Source: an uncultured Verrucomicrobiota bacterium (GTDB lineage: Bacteria > Verrucomicrobiota > Verrucomicrobiia > Limisphaerales > CAIMTB01). From it: a stretch of 55,719 nucleotides of DNA. The position numbers and the translations under genes were made by a program. A model generated the notes under the pieces. The model was not told the DNA's origin. It made no database searches and worked only from the letters and a program-made list of their open reading frames with translations. The stretch is taken from NCBI GenBank assembly GCA_903844265.1, contig CAIMTB010000301.1:1-55719 (forward strand), given 5' to 3'. This document shows, in pieces, positions 1 to 9,298 of the stretch. The number at the start of each line of letters is the position of its first letter. The stretch's first letter is position 1.

Positions 1-43
1 CGTCCGACCCAACGGTGGTGACTCCCCACGCCCTGGCATGACG

Positions 44-64
44 AAACCCCGATGGGGTTTTGTG
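44..64 (+). terminator. Candidate intrinsic terminator of an upstream gene lying outside the window
   Basis: AAACCCC-GAT-GGGGTTT hairpin (44-60) runs into TTTTGTG. Stops in two + frames (19-21 and 39-41) lie just upstream. Confidence 0.3.
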
Positions 65-367
65 ACGAGGGTGCCGCGTACCCAGGGTAGGTCCGCTCCG
101 CGGCCCAACCCTTGGGCTAAGGGACGGAATCCCCGTTGGGATTCTCCCGACCCGATAGAGGGACAGGCCTTGCATGCTGACGCCTTGGGCACATCGAACT
201 GCACCTCGACCGGAAACCTCGCAAAGGACCTGTCCCTTGGTTGGGACGCCACCCACCGGGACCGGTTTATCGAAGGGGTGAGGGCTCGCGAAGCCGCCGG
301 CAGGGGAGAGGAACTATTCCGCCACCTTGCCAGTGCGCCTTGGCATCCCCTAGGGTGCGCGTCCTTT

Positions 368-1546
368 ATGACGGCAACGTCCGCGTCCAACGGTTCGTAC
401 ATCGCGAGGCACGTGCGGGGCATCCCCCGCTCGGGCATCCGCGAGTTCTTCGACATCGTGGCCAGCCAGAAGGACGTCATCTCGCTCGGCGTCGGTGAGC
501 CGGACTTTGTGACTCCCTGGCACATCCGCGAGGCCGCCATTTATGCCCTTGAGCAGGGGCGCACCTCGTACACCTCGAACCTGGGCACGCCCCAGCTCCG
601 GGCTGCGGTCGCCGCCCACATCGGCGAGAAATTCCACGTCAACTACGATCCTGCCACGGAGGTCCTCATCGCCGTGGGCGTGAGCGAGGCGATGGATCTG
701 GCCCTGCGCGCCGTCATTGATCCGGGCGACGAGGTCATCTACCACGAGCCCTGCTACGTCAGCTATTCTCCGAGCATCGCCCTGGCCCACGGTATTCCGG
801 TCCCGGTTTCGTGCCGGGCCGAGGACGGTTTTGCGGTGCGGGCCGCGGACATCGAGAAGGTGATCTCGCCGAAATCGAAGGCGTTGGTCCTGAATTTCCC
901 GACGAACCCGACCGGGGGCACCATGACCCGTCCGGAGCTGGAGGAGATCGCCGCCCTCGCGATCCGCCACGACCTGGTTGTGCTGACCGACGAGATTTAC
1001 TCGGAACTCACGTTCGAGGGCGAGCACACCTCCATTGCATCGCTGCCGGGAATGCGCGAGCGGACGATCTTCCTGCACGGCTTTTCCAAGGCCTACGCGA
1101 TGACGGGGTTCCGGATCGGGTATGCCTGCGCGCCTGTGGAGCTGACCGAGGCGATGATGCGCATCCACCAGTACTCGATGCTGTGCGCGAGCATCATCAG
1201 CCAGGAAGCCGCACTCGAGGCGATCCTGCACGGCGAACCCGACACCATCGAGATGCGCGACCAGTACAAGCTGCGCCGCAACTTCGTCGTCAGCGCCCTG
1301 AATTCCATGGGGCTCAAGTGCCACCTGCCGCGCGGTTCGTTCTACGCCTTCCCGTCGATCGCCGGGACCGGCCTCACGTCGAAGGAATTCGCGGTCCGCC
1401 TGCTGCGCGAGGAAAAAGTGGCCTGCGTACCCGGCAGCGCGTTCGGCGCCTGCGGCGAGACGTTCCTCCGCTGCTGCTTCGCCACGTCCCTGCCGCAATT
1501 GGAGCAGGCCATGGAGCGCATGCGGCGGCTTGTCAATCGGCTCTGA
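368..1546 (+). CDS. Class I/II PLP-dependent aminotransferase (aspartate/aromatic aminotransferase-like)
   Basis: ORF 38..1546 trimmed to ATG 368; the upstream part has weak third-position GC bias. Signatures LNFPTNPTGG and GFSKAYAMTGFRIGY (PLP-lysine motif). Confidence 0.85.
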   Translation: MTATSASNGSYIARHVRGIPRSGIREFFDIVASQKDVISLGVGEPDFVTPWHIREAAIYALEQGRTSYTSNLGTPQLRAAVAAHIGEKFHVNYDPATEVLIAVGVSEAMDLALRAVIDPGDEVIYHEPCYVSYSPSIALAHGIPVPVSCRAEDGFAVRAADIEKVISPKSKALVLNFPTNPTGGTMTRPELEEIAALAIRHDLVVLTDEIYSELTFEGEHTSIASLPGMRERTIFLHGFSKAYAMTGFRIGYACAPVELTEAMMRIHQYSMLCASIISQEAALEAILHGEPDTIEMRDQYKLRRNFVVSALNSMGLKCHLPRGSFYAFPSIAGTGLTSKEFAVRLLREEKVACVPGSAFGACGETFLRCCFATSLPQLEQAMERMRRLVNRL

Positions 1547-1588
1547 TTGGATCTTCAATAATGTCCGTGGCCACGGCATAATGCTCCC

Positions 1589-3274
1589 GTGCCTGGTATT
1601 CTCGCCATCGTGGGTCGTCCGAACGTCGGTAAATCGGCGATCTTCAACCGCATCGCCGGTCGCCGCATCGCCATCGTCCACGACGAACCCGGCGTGACGC
1701 GTGACCGCGTCATGGCCGAGGTCGAATATGGCGGCCACCCTTTCACGTTGATCGACACCGGCGGCATCGGCCTGCGCCGCGGCGAGAAGGGCGCTGACGT
1801 CATCACCCGGGCCGCGCTCGATCAGGTCGATCTGGCCATCGAATCCGCAGACGCGGTCCTGTTCGTCGTCAATGTCCAGGAGGGCCTCGTCCCCCTCGAC
1901 CAGGAAGTCGCCAAGCGCCTCCGCGAAGCCGGCAAGCAAGTCCTGGTCACGGTCAACAAGTCCGACAACGAGAGGGTCGCTGGAAACGCCGTCGACTTCT
2001 CCGCTCTCGGCTTCGACCGTCTCTACCCCATCAGCGCCATCCACGGCCGCGGGTTGGATGCGCTCATGCGCGCCGCGATCAAGCTTCTCCCACCGGCCGA
2101 CGAGCCCTCGAAGCCGAGGCGTTCGCCCACCAAGGAATCAAGGGAGGACGATCCTGACGTCGCCGAAGCGAAGGCCGCAGCCGAGGCCGAGGCCGAGGGC
2201 GGCGAGGGTGACGGTGATGATTCCGAAGCAGGCGGGCCCGGTCGCCGTCGCAACCGGCGTCATCGTGACGATCTGCCGCCGCGGGATTTCGATCTTGATC
2301 CATTGCGGCTTGCGATCGTGGGCCGGCCGAACGTCGGGAAATCGTCGATCATCAATTCCCTGACGAAATCGGCGCGGGTGGTGGTGAGCCCGATTCCGGG
2401 CACGACACGCGACGCCATCGACGTGCCGTTCGAGGTTGAGACGGAGGGTCGTCGCGAGCGTTACGTGCTGGTCGACACCGCGGGGGTGCGGAAGCGGCGG
2501 AGCATCGACAACTCGATCGAGTTCTACTCGGTGAAGCGAACCGAGGAAGCCATCCAGCGCTGTGACATCGCGGTGATGGTGCTCGACGCGCAGGACGGGA
2601 TCCTGGAGCAGGACAAGAAGATCGGGGCCATGATCACGGAGGCACGGCGGGCGTGCATCCTCGTCGTGAACAAGTGGGATCTGTACGCCGAGAAGGTGCT
2701 TGAGGCGCGCGAGGCTGAGATCGAACGCCGCCGCACCAGGTCCAAGGGCCGCGAGCAGCAGGGGGTCACGACGCTCATCGAATTCGGGCAGTGGGTGCAG
2801 GAGAAACTGTTCTTCCTCGATTACGCGCCTGTGATTTTCACGTCGGCGCAGTCGGGCTTCAACCTGGATCGCCTGCTGGAGGCGGTGCGTTACGTGGGCG
2901 CGCAGCTGCGCCAGGAAATCCCCACCGCAGTGCTGAACCGGACCCTGCGTGACGCGGTGGCATCGCGGCAGCCGGTGAGCAAGAGCGGCGTGGTGCTGAA
3001 GTTTTATTACGCCACGCAGATCGGGAAGGGGCCGCCGAAGTTCGTCCTCTTCTTCAACCGCGCCGACCTCTTCAACCGCGCCTACGAGAAGTATCTCGGC
3101 GACCAGCTGCGAAAGGCGTTCGGCTTCGAGGGCTGCCCGCTCGTGCTCTTCCCACGCGGACGACCCAAGACCATCGAACCCATCCGCAAACCGAAGCTGC
3201 CATCCACCGGGAAGCGGCGCGTGGCCGGAAAACGCCCGACGACGGAGAAAAGAGCTGGGCGACGGCGGACCTGA
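1589..3274 (+). CDS. der: Ribosome-associated GTPase Der/EngA with a long acidic inter-domain linker and a basic C-terminal tail
   Basis: GTG start. Two tandem GTPase domains: GRPNVGKS / DTGG / NKSD, then GRPNVGKS / DTAG / NKWD. KH-like C-terminal domain. Confidence 0.9.
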   Translation: MPGILAIVGRPNVGKSAIFNRIAGRRIAIVHDEPGVTRDRVMAEVEYGGHPFTLIDTGGIGLRRGEKGADVITRAALDQVDLAIESADAVLFVVNVQEGLVPLDQEVAKRLREAGKQVLVTVNKSDNERVAGNAVDFSALGFDRLYPISAIHGRGLDALMRAAIKLLPPADEPSKPRRSPTKESREDDPDVAEAKAAAEAEAEGGEGDGDDSEAGGPGRRRNRRHRDDLPPRDFDLDPLRLAIVGRPNVGKSSIINSLTKSARVVVSPIPGTTRDAIDVPFEVETEGRRERYVLVDTAGVRKRRSIDNSIEFYSVKRTEEAIQRCDIAVMVLDAQDGILEQDKKIGAMITEARRACILVVNKWDLYAEKVLEAREAEIERRRTRSKGREQQGVTTLIEFGQWVQEKLFFLDYAPVIFTSAQSGFNLDRLLEAVRYVGAQLRQEIPTAVLNRTLRDAVASRQPVSKSGVVLKFYYATQIGKGPPKFVLFFNRADLFNRAYEKYLGDQLRKAFGFEGCPLVLFPRGRPKTIEPIRKPKLPSTGKRRVAGKRPTTEKRAGRRRT

Positions 3275-3284
3275 TCGTGAGGCG

Positions 3285-4823
3285 TCAGAACACGGGGCCG
3301 AGGATCCAGGGCGCAAACTCCTCGTCGCCGAGCCCGGCCTGCTCGCTCTTGGTGTGTTCGCCGTTGGCGGTCGCGATCAAGGCCTCGAAGATGCGACGGC
3401 CGGCTGATTCCACGGACTCCGTGCCGTCGAGAATCGTGCCGGCGTTGAGGTCCATGTCGTCGCGCATCCAGTCGTAAAGCGGGGTGTTGGTGGCGATCTT
3501 GAGGCTGGGCGCGGGTTTGCAGCCGTAAACGCTTCCGCGACCGGTGGTGAATGCGCCGAGGTTGCAGCCGCCGGCGACGAGGCCGGTCATGCTCACCGGG
3601 TCGTAACCGGGAGTGTCCATGAAGCAGAGGCCGCGCGCGGTCACGGGCTCGGCGTATTGATAGACCGCCACGAGCGGGGCCTGCCCGCCTTTGGCGACCG
3701 CGCCGAGGCTTTTCTCGTAGATCGTGGTGAGCCCGCCTTCCTTGTTGCCGACGGACGGGTTGTTGTCGATCGACGCTCCGTGGAGCCGGGCGTGTTCCTC
3801 CCACCAGTGGATGCGATCGACGATGAGTTGGCCTACGTCAGCCGAGACGGCGCGGCGCGTGAGCAGGTGTTCGGCGCCGTAGATTTCGGGGGTCTCGGCG
3901 AGAACCGACGTGCCGCCGTGTCGGACGAGGAGGTCGGATGCGACACCCAGGGCGGGGTTCGCGGTGATGCCGCTGGCGCCGTCCGAGCCGCCGCAATTGA
4001 GGGCGAGCACGAGGCGGTCGAGGGGTGTTGGGACGCGGCGCAGCGAGTTGGCGGCAGGGAGAAGTCTCGCGACTGCGGCGACGCCGGCCTCGACGGTGCG
4101 AGCCACGCCACCCTGGGGCTGGATGTTCAACACCGCGGGGGATTCGAGGCTTTCGTTCCTGAGCAGTGACGACGTCTGGTTCACTTCGCATCCGAGTCCC
4201 ACGAGGACGTAGCCGCTGATGTTGGGGTGGCGTGCGATGCCGGCGAGCACGCGCTGGAGCAGCCGTGTGGGTTCGTCGGGCGACATCGCGCAGCCGCTCT
4301 TGTGGGTGAAGGCGATCACGCCGTCCACGTCTGGGAAATCGTGATGGAACCCGGGATTCCGGAACCGCTCGGCGATGTAACGCGAGACGGACGCAGAGCA
4401 GTTCACGCTGGAGATGACCGCGACGTAATTGCGTGTGCCCGCCCGCCCGTCGGGCCTGGGATAACCGAGAAACGTGCGCGCCTCGGCCTGGGGGATCGGC
4501 GGCAGCGGCCTGGCATCCACGCCAAACGCGTGTTCGCGGGCGAACTGCCCGGGCAGGACGTTGTGGGAGTGGACGTGGCTGCCTTCCAGGATATCGGTGC
4601 TGGCAAAGCCGATGATCTGGCCGTAGCGACGGATCGGGGCGCCGCTCGGGATGCGGGTGAGGGCGACCTTGTGAAGCGGCGGGATGCGATCGCGGGGTGT
4701 GATCGACAAGGCGCCTGCGAACGCTCCCTGTGGGTCGGGGAAGGATTGGCCGGGCAGGAGGGCCTTGCGCGCGACGGCGACGTTGTCGGACGGGTAGAGC
4801 TGGATGACGGAAGGGTTCACCAC
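3285..4823 (-). CDS. UxaA/GarD-family sugar-acid dehydratase (altronate/galactarate dehydratase-like)
   Basis: GTG start, 512 aa. N-terminal SAF-like segment (YPSDNVAVARKAL) plus a long UxaA-type C-terminal domain. Overlaps the stop of the upstream gene by 7 nt. Confidence 0.75.
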   Translation of the reverse strand: MVNPSVIQLYPSDNVAVARKALLPGQSFPDPQGAFAGALSITPRDRIPPLHKVALTRIPSGAPIRRYGQIIGFASTDILEGSHVHSHNVLPGQFAREHAFGVDARPLPPIPQAEARTFLGYPRPDGRAGTRNYVAVISSVNCSASVSRYIAERFRNPGFHHDFPDVDGVIAFTHKSGCAMSPDEPTRLLQRVLAGIARHPNISGYVLVGLGCEVNQTSSLLRNESLESPAVLNIQPQGGVARTVEAGVAAVARLLPAANSLRRVPTPLDRLVLALNCGGSDGASGITANPALGVASDLLVRHGGTSVLAETPEIYGAEHLLTRRAVSADVGQLIVDRIHWWEEHARLHGASIDNNPSVGNKEGGLTTIYEKSLGAVAKGGQAPLVAVYQYAEPVTARGLCFMDTPGYDPVSMTGLVAGGCNLGAFTTGRGSVYGCKPAPSLKIATNTPLYDWMRDDMDLNAGTILDGTESVESAGRRIFEALIATANGEHTKSEQAGLGDEEFAPWILGPVF

Positions 4824-5350
4824 GAGCCGTCGACGAGGAGTGAGACGATGTTGCGGGCGAGGTTGGCGGCGAGCAGGGGCATGGCCTGACGCTCGGCGCT
4901 GGGGAGGTCGCTCTGGACGCGAAGCATGGTGTGTCCCTGGACTTCCTGGTCGAGAAGCTTCTTTCCGGTGCCACGTTCCACGGCGGTGACGTGAGCCTTG
5001 ATCTCGAGGCGGTAGTCCCGCGTCGTGAGAGAGTCGAGGGTCTGGAGACTCTGCTCGAGGCGCTCGACGCTTTTCACGGTGCCGTTGACCACGATGTCGG
5101 CGTCGCCGTGCCTGGCGAGCTTATAGGTGCCCTCCTGTTGGAGTTGTCCCCGGAGCGCGGTGGCGATGGCCTCGGTCACGCGCGGCGCGAACGAGGCGTT
5201 ATCGAAGGGCATCACCGCCACGGAACGAGCGCCCGGGTCGACGCCGCTGCTGGGTCCGAGGCGGTAGGCGCAGCCGGTGGTGACGGCCAGGCCGAGGGCG
5301 AGAAGCGCTGCGAGCGCCGGGAATCGGGGGAGGAACCGGGACGTTCGCAT
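4817..5350 (-). CDS. Small lipoprotein, LptE-like (LPS-assembly lipoprotein candidate)
   Basis: ORF 4817..5932 trimmed to ATG 5350 (MRTSRFLPRF...). Signal peptide with lipobox LAVTTGC followed by AYRLGP, 177 aa. The part upstream of the Met is Pro/Ser/Arg shadow-like sequence overlapping the next gene. Confidence 0.5.
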   Translation of the reverse strand: MRTSRFLPRFPALAALLALGLAVTTGCAYRLGPSSGVDPGARSVAVMPFDNASFAPRVTEAIATALRGQLQQEGTYKLARHGDADIVVNGTVKSVERLEQSLQTLDSLTTRDYRLEIKAHVTAVERGTGKKLLDQEVQGHTMLRVQSDLPSAERQAMPLLAANLARNIVSLLVDGSW

Positions 5351-5378
5351 GGGAGGAGTTCGGGGCGGCGGGGTTTCG

Positions 5379-6476
5379 CTACTTGGCCGCGGGAGGTGCG
5401 GGAGGTGCGGGCTTTTGGGTGGGGGTGGCAGCGGCCGGCGGCGGGGTAAGGGCTGGGGCGTTGGTGTTGCCGGATGCTGCCTGGAGCTTGGTGCGCTTGG
5501 CGCCAATGATCGCAATACGTTCGCGGGCCTCCTGGGCGCGCGGCGCCTGAGGGTCCTTGACCAGGCGCGAGAAGATGTCGACCACCTCGTTGTAATAGAT
5601 GAGCGCGCCGTCGAGGCGCCGCCTCTTCTCGTAATAGCGCGCGATGCGATAATTGCCGTCAGCCTGGACGCGGTAGAGGTCGAGGATGCGTTTCTGGGCC
5701 TCGGGAACGCGGGAATCGCCGGGATAGAGGGAGATGAAGTCGGTGAAGGCGTTGATGGCGCGGCCCGCGGCGCTTTGGTCGTACTCGGCGGCCTCGGCTT
5801 CCTGGAGGTGGGCCATGCCCGCGCGCCAGAAGGCCTCGGAAGCGATGTCCCGTTTGTCGTTGTAGCGGTCGGCGGCGCGCTCGTAGGCGCGCACGGCAAG
5901 GCCCCACTCCTTCTGGATCTCGCGGGCGGCACCGATGTTCATCTGGGCCTGCGGGGCGACGTCGCTGTACGGGCCGTTGCGGATCAGCTTCTCGTACATG
6001 TCGACGACCTTGTCGCGGTCGGGCCCGGCGGGGATGACGCCCCAGAGGTAGAACCACTTTCCGTTGAGATAGAGCGTCCCAATGTCGAACTGCCGCTTGA
6101 GCACCTCGTCGTAGTTGTCGAGCTTCGGATAACGCTCGATGAGCTCCTGGAAGGCCCGGAACGCCCGGTCCGCACGGCCGCGTTCCTCGAGTGCACGGCC
6201 CAGAAGGTACTGGGCTTTGGGGGCGAAATCAGAGAGCGGCCAGACGTTCACCACGCGCCGCGCGGCCTTGGCGGCGAGTCGGTATTCGTGGCGATCGAAC
6301 GCCTGCTGGCCGACTTCAAGCTGGTCCTTGGCACGGTTGCGTTGCCATCGGGCACCGCCTTCGGCCTCATAGCTCCAACCTTCACCGGGCCGATAAATGA
6401 GGGGCGCAGGCGCGCTCTGCGGGAGAAGGCAGAGTGCAAGCAGCAATAACGGGACCCCCCACGAGCGAAAGCGCAT
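5379..6476 (-). CDS. BamD/YfiO-like TPR outer-membrane assembly factor with Pro/Ala-rich C-terminal tail
   Basis: Track start 6485 is TTG, so I prefer ATG 6476 (MRFRSWGVPLLLLALC...). Signal peptide. TPR-like helical repeats (YLLGRALEERGRADRAFRAFQELIERYP; FWRAGMAHLQ; RIARYYEKRRRLDGALIYYNEVV). Confidence 0.55.
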   Translation of the reverse strand: MRFRSWGVPLLLLALCLLPQSAPAPLIYRPGEGWSYEAEGGARWQRNRAKDQLEVGQQAFDRHEYRLAAKAARRVVNVWPLSDFAPKAQYLLGRALEERGRADRAFRAFQELIERYPKLDNYDEVLKRQFDIGTLYLNGKWFYLWGVIPAGPDRDKVVDMYEKLIRNGPYSDVAPQAQMNIGAAREIQKEWGLAVRAYERAADRYNDKRDIASEAFWRAGMAHLQEAEAAEYDQSAAGRAINAFTDFISLYPGDSRVPEAQKRILDLYRVQADGNYRIARYYEKRRRLDGALIYYNEVVDIFSRLVKDPQAPRAQEARERIAIIGAKRTKLQAASGNTNAPALTPPPAAATPTQKPAPPAPPAAK

Positions 6477-6539
6477 GGCCAACAATTAACCGGGATTCAA
6501 CAGCGAGTCATCAGCGAAGGCAAAGTCGCGATCAGGATG

Positions 6540-7019
6540 TCATGGCGTCACCGGCAGCCTCTGGTCGACCGGCTTGCCCGACATCAGGATGCCCTGCGCC
6601 TTGTACGGCTTGAGCATGAAATGCGTTGCGGTCGAGATGACCCCGTGAATGGTCGAGAGCTTCTCCGACACGAACGTCGCCACCTCGCGAAGATTGTGCC
6701 CGACCACCACCACCTGAAGGTCGTACCCGCCAGACATCAGGTGACAGGACTCCACCTCGTCATACTTGGAAATGCGGTCTGCCAGCCGGTCGAAGCCTCC
6801 ACCGCGCTCGGGCGTTATCTTCACCTCGATCACGGCGCGGACGATGTCGTGCCCCAGCTTTTCTTCGTTGAGGAGAGTCCGGTATCCCAGGATCACCCCT
6901 TCCTGTTCGTAGGCCTTCACCCGGGAGACGACATCCTCCTCGGGCGCGCCGAGCAACGCCGCCAGTTGGGCGGGTTTCAGGGCCGCATTGTCTCGGAGCA
7001 GTTTCAGCAGCGGATCCAT
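6540..7019 (-). CDS. Lrp/AsnC-family transcriptional regulator
   Basis: 159 aa. N-terminal HTH (LKPAQLAALLGAPEEDVVSRVKAYEQEGVI) plus a C-terminal RAM/AsnC_trans_reg-like domain. Confidence 0.9.
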   Translation of the reverse strand: MDPLLKLLRDNAALKPAQLAALLGAPEEDVVSRVKAYEQEGVILGYRTLLNEEKLGHDIVRAVIEVKITPERGGGFDRLADRISKYDEVESCHLMSGGYDLQVVVVGHNLREVATFVSEKLSTIHGVISTATHFMLKPYKAQGILMSGKPVDQRLPVTP

Positions 7020-7152
7020 GCCCGTGGTTTAGCAGGGATGGCGGCAGGGGCCAAGGGTCTGGTCTCGGGTCCCGGACGAAGCCCCAGCGTTCGTCGTTGC
7101 GGGGAGATCATTGGCAGGCGGCCGCTGGTGATTTGGTGGTGCATGCCTGATC

Positions 7153-8331
7153 TCAACCCGCGACGGGAGCATACTGCGGGATCTTGAGCCACTCGCCGTC
7201 CCTGAGGGCGGATTGGTGCGCCACGATCCCGCCGACCGTCAGGTTGAGGGCGAGGGAGATGTCCACGAGTGGTCTGCGGTTCTCGAGGATCGAGGTCACG
7301 AACTCGTTCATGAGATGGCCGTGGGAACCCCCGTGGCCACCTCCTGCGACCCCCGGCGGCAGCGGTGGACGACCGGTGTAGGGCAGCTTTTTCTCAAGGC
7401 CCACGTAGGTGTCGTGATACGTGCCGCGTTGGCCGCGAACACGGCCGCGCTCGCCTTCGTGGCCGGGGGTGTCCCAGCTCACTGCCATGCGGGCCGAGCC
7501 GCCCTCGCTGGTGCGGAACAGGGCGATCTCGGTGCCGAACGGATTCCGGTACCGGTTGTTCTCGGGGCGAAGGTGTTGGACGACGCTCGGGAATCCGGTG
7601 CAGGAGACCTTGGTGAAGCTGCCTCCGGTCACGCCCAGCGCGTAGGCGTTGGAGTGCGTGGGATACCACTGGGGCGGCAGCCCGACGCGCCAGTCCTTGT
7701 AAGACGCGATCGGTTCCTCCATGTAGTGGTAGTACTCTCCCTCGGCGTACACCACCTTGCCGAGCCCTCCAGCACGGTGGATTTCCCGCATGGCGTGGAG
7801 GTCCTCGTGATAACACGACGTCTCGAACATCATGTATTTCAGGCCGCTTCTCCTGACCGCGTCGAAGAGCTGCTCGGCTTCCTCGAGCGAGCCGAAGACA
7901 GCGGGTACGGCCGAGGCGACGTGCTTGCCGTGCTTGAGGACCTCGATGCAGTGCCGGGCGTGGCTCGGGGCATCTGTCGCCACGAACACCGCCTCGATGC
8001 GGTCATCCTTCACCAGTTCTTCGAGGGAAGGGTAGGTCTTGGAACAGCGGCAGGCCTTGGCGAGCCCCGCGCATTGGTCCGCAACGAGGTCGCTGACGGC
8101 AACGATCTCGACGTTGGGATGATCTTGGAAACCGAACTCGGCGCCAAACTTGCAGACACCGTAGCCGACGATCCCCATGCGAAGTTTCCGCTCGGAAACG
8201 GGCTTCCAACCGCGCGAGGCCTCGGGCGCGGTGGGGGTCCGCTCGAAGCCGGGAATCACCTTCTCAGCCGCAAGGCTGATGGTGGAGGCGCCGAGCGCGG
8301 CGATCTGCAGGAAGGAGCGGCGGGTCGTCAT
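7153..8331 (-). CDS. Gfo/Idh/MocA-family NAD-binding oxidoreductase with twin-arginine signal (GH109-like architecture)
   Basis: MTTRRSFLQIAALGAS TAT motif. Rossmann segment MGIVGYGVCKFG. Typical family length of 392 aa. Confidence 0.85.
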   Translation of the reverse strand: MTTRRSFLQIAALGASTISLAAEKVIPGFERTPTAPEASRGWKPVSERKLRMGIVGYGVCKFGAEFGFQDHPNVEIVAVSDLVADQCAGLAKACRCSKTYPSLEELVKDDRIEAVFVATDAPSHARHCIEVLKHGKHVASAVPAVFGSLEEAEQLFDAVRRSGLKYMMFETSCYHEDLHAMREIHRAGGLGKVVYAEGEYYHYMEEPIASYKDWRVGLPPQWYPTHSNAYALGVTGGSFTKVSCTGFPSVVQHLRPENNRYRNPFGTEIALFRTSEGGSARMAVSWDTPGHEGERGRVRGQRGTYHDTYVGLEKKLPYTGRPPLPPGVAGGGHGGSHGHLMNEFVTSILENRRPLVDISLALNLTVGGIVAHQSALRDGEWLKIPQYAPVAG

Positions 8332-8373
8332 AAGTGGCGGGTTCAGGATCGCATAACTCCACGGATCTGAGCC

Positions 8374-8736
8374 CTAGGACTTTCGGGCGTCTTGGATGCC
8401 TTGGGCGACGGCTTTGGCAACTTTGCGGACCGAGTCCTGGGTGCCATCCACCATGTCGTTGACCGCGTCGCACGCGATCGGGGCCTGCTCGGCCGCGAGG
8501 TAGCGGGCAATGGCCCCGAAGTAGCCGAACTGGGTCATGACGCCGCCAACAAAGAGGATGGGCATGGCGACTATCCCGCACCAGAAGTAGCGAGGGGGGC
8601 CGCCTCCGCCCATGGCCATGAAGAAGCTGGTGAGCCCGATGCCCATCAGCGCGAGGCCGAGGAGGAGGATCAGCGGTCCGCCGATGCGGAGGATGCGGCG
8701 GACCTTAGGGTGCCAGGGGTGTTGGAGTTGGCTCAT
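8374..8736 (-). CDS. Small integral membrane protein, function unknown
   Basis: ORF 8374..8847. I prefer ATG 8736 (MSQLQHP...) because the 37-codon upstream extension has low GC3 and is Pro/Ser low-complexity. Two or three hydrophobic helices. Confidence 0.5.
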   Translation of the reverse strand: MSQLQHPWHPKVRRILRIGGPLILLLGLALMGIGLTSFFMAMGGGGPPRYFWCGIVAMPILFVGGVMTQFGYFGAIARYLAAEQAPIACDAVNDMVDGTQDSVRKVAKAVAQGIQDARKS

Positions 8737-8912
8737 GGTGCTGGGGGGGCCGACTCTTCCGACGGAAGCAGAAATGGGGGGTGGCGGCAAGGACGGGGAT
8801 GCAGGACGGGGCATGCCAGAAACCAAGCAAAGGGACAGGTCTTTCATTGAGATGGCCGCCTTGAGGTTCTCCGAATGCTTGTCTCGGGGCTGGGGCCCGC
8901 GGATAACGGGGG

Positions 8913-9272
8913 ATGCGATATGTCATCGCGGCGTTGATTGGTTTGGTGAGTGGGGTGGCCAGCGGCCTTTTTGGCGTGGGCGGTGGCCTGATCATGGTGC
9001 CTGGCATGGCGGTGCTGATGAAGACGGACATCAAGATTGCGGTGGGAACGTCGTTGGCGGTGATCGTGCCGACGGCGATCACGGGCATGATCAAGCATTC
9101 CCAACTGCGCCAGATCGACTGGCATCTCGTGGCGATGCTTGCGCCGACGGCGATCCTGGGCGGGTTCATTGGGCCGTGGCTGACCACGAAGCTGTCCTCG
9201 ACCGAGTTGCAACGCCTGTTCGGCGGGTTCGTGGTGCTTGTTGGAGTGCGCCTGCTGGTGGCGGCGAAATAG
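8913..9272 (+). CDS. Half-size TSUP (TauE/SafE) family membrane protein
   Basis: 119 aa with 4 predicted TM segments. Family-typical GVGGGLIMVPGM and GTSLAVIVPTA motifs. Confidence 0.7.
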   Translation: MRYVIAALIGLVSGVASGLFGVGGGLIMVPGMAVLMKTDIKIAVGTSLAVIVPTAITGMIKHSQLRQIDWHLVAMLAPTAILGGFIGPWLTTKLSSTELQRLFGGFVVLVGVRLLVAAK

Positions 9273-9298
9273 GGGCGTCGGGAATTCAACGCGATTCC

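Noticed and set aside
1-367. Possible RNase P RNA, tmRNA or cobalamin/lysine riboswitch at the window start
   Set aside because: I could not find the hallmark motifs: GGAAAGUCC / ACAGAA for RNase P, a tRNA-like CCA end and T-loop for tmRNA, or the B12 box. Only a partial CCGGUUUAUCG resemblance exists. It is kept only as an unassigned structured region.
350-3316. Long minus-strand ORFs (350..2044, 2138..3316) opposite the aminotransferase and der
   Set aside because: These are antisense shadow ORFs typical of high-GC DNA. Their translations are Arg/Gly/Asp/Pro-rich with no recognisable domains, whereas the + strand encodes clearly conserved proteins.
8612-9298. 229-codon N-terminal extension of the M48 protease ORF (and similar extensions at 38..367, 5351..5932, 14855..15358, 21018..21347, 27988..28488, 28372..28713, 32972..33565)
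   Set aside because: The extensions overlap better-supported genes in other frames, lack homology-like sequence and have shadow composition. In each case an internal start reproduces the expected conserved N-terminus.
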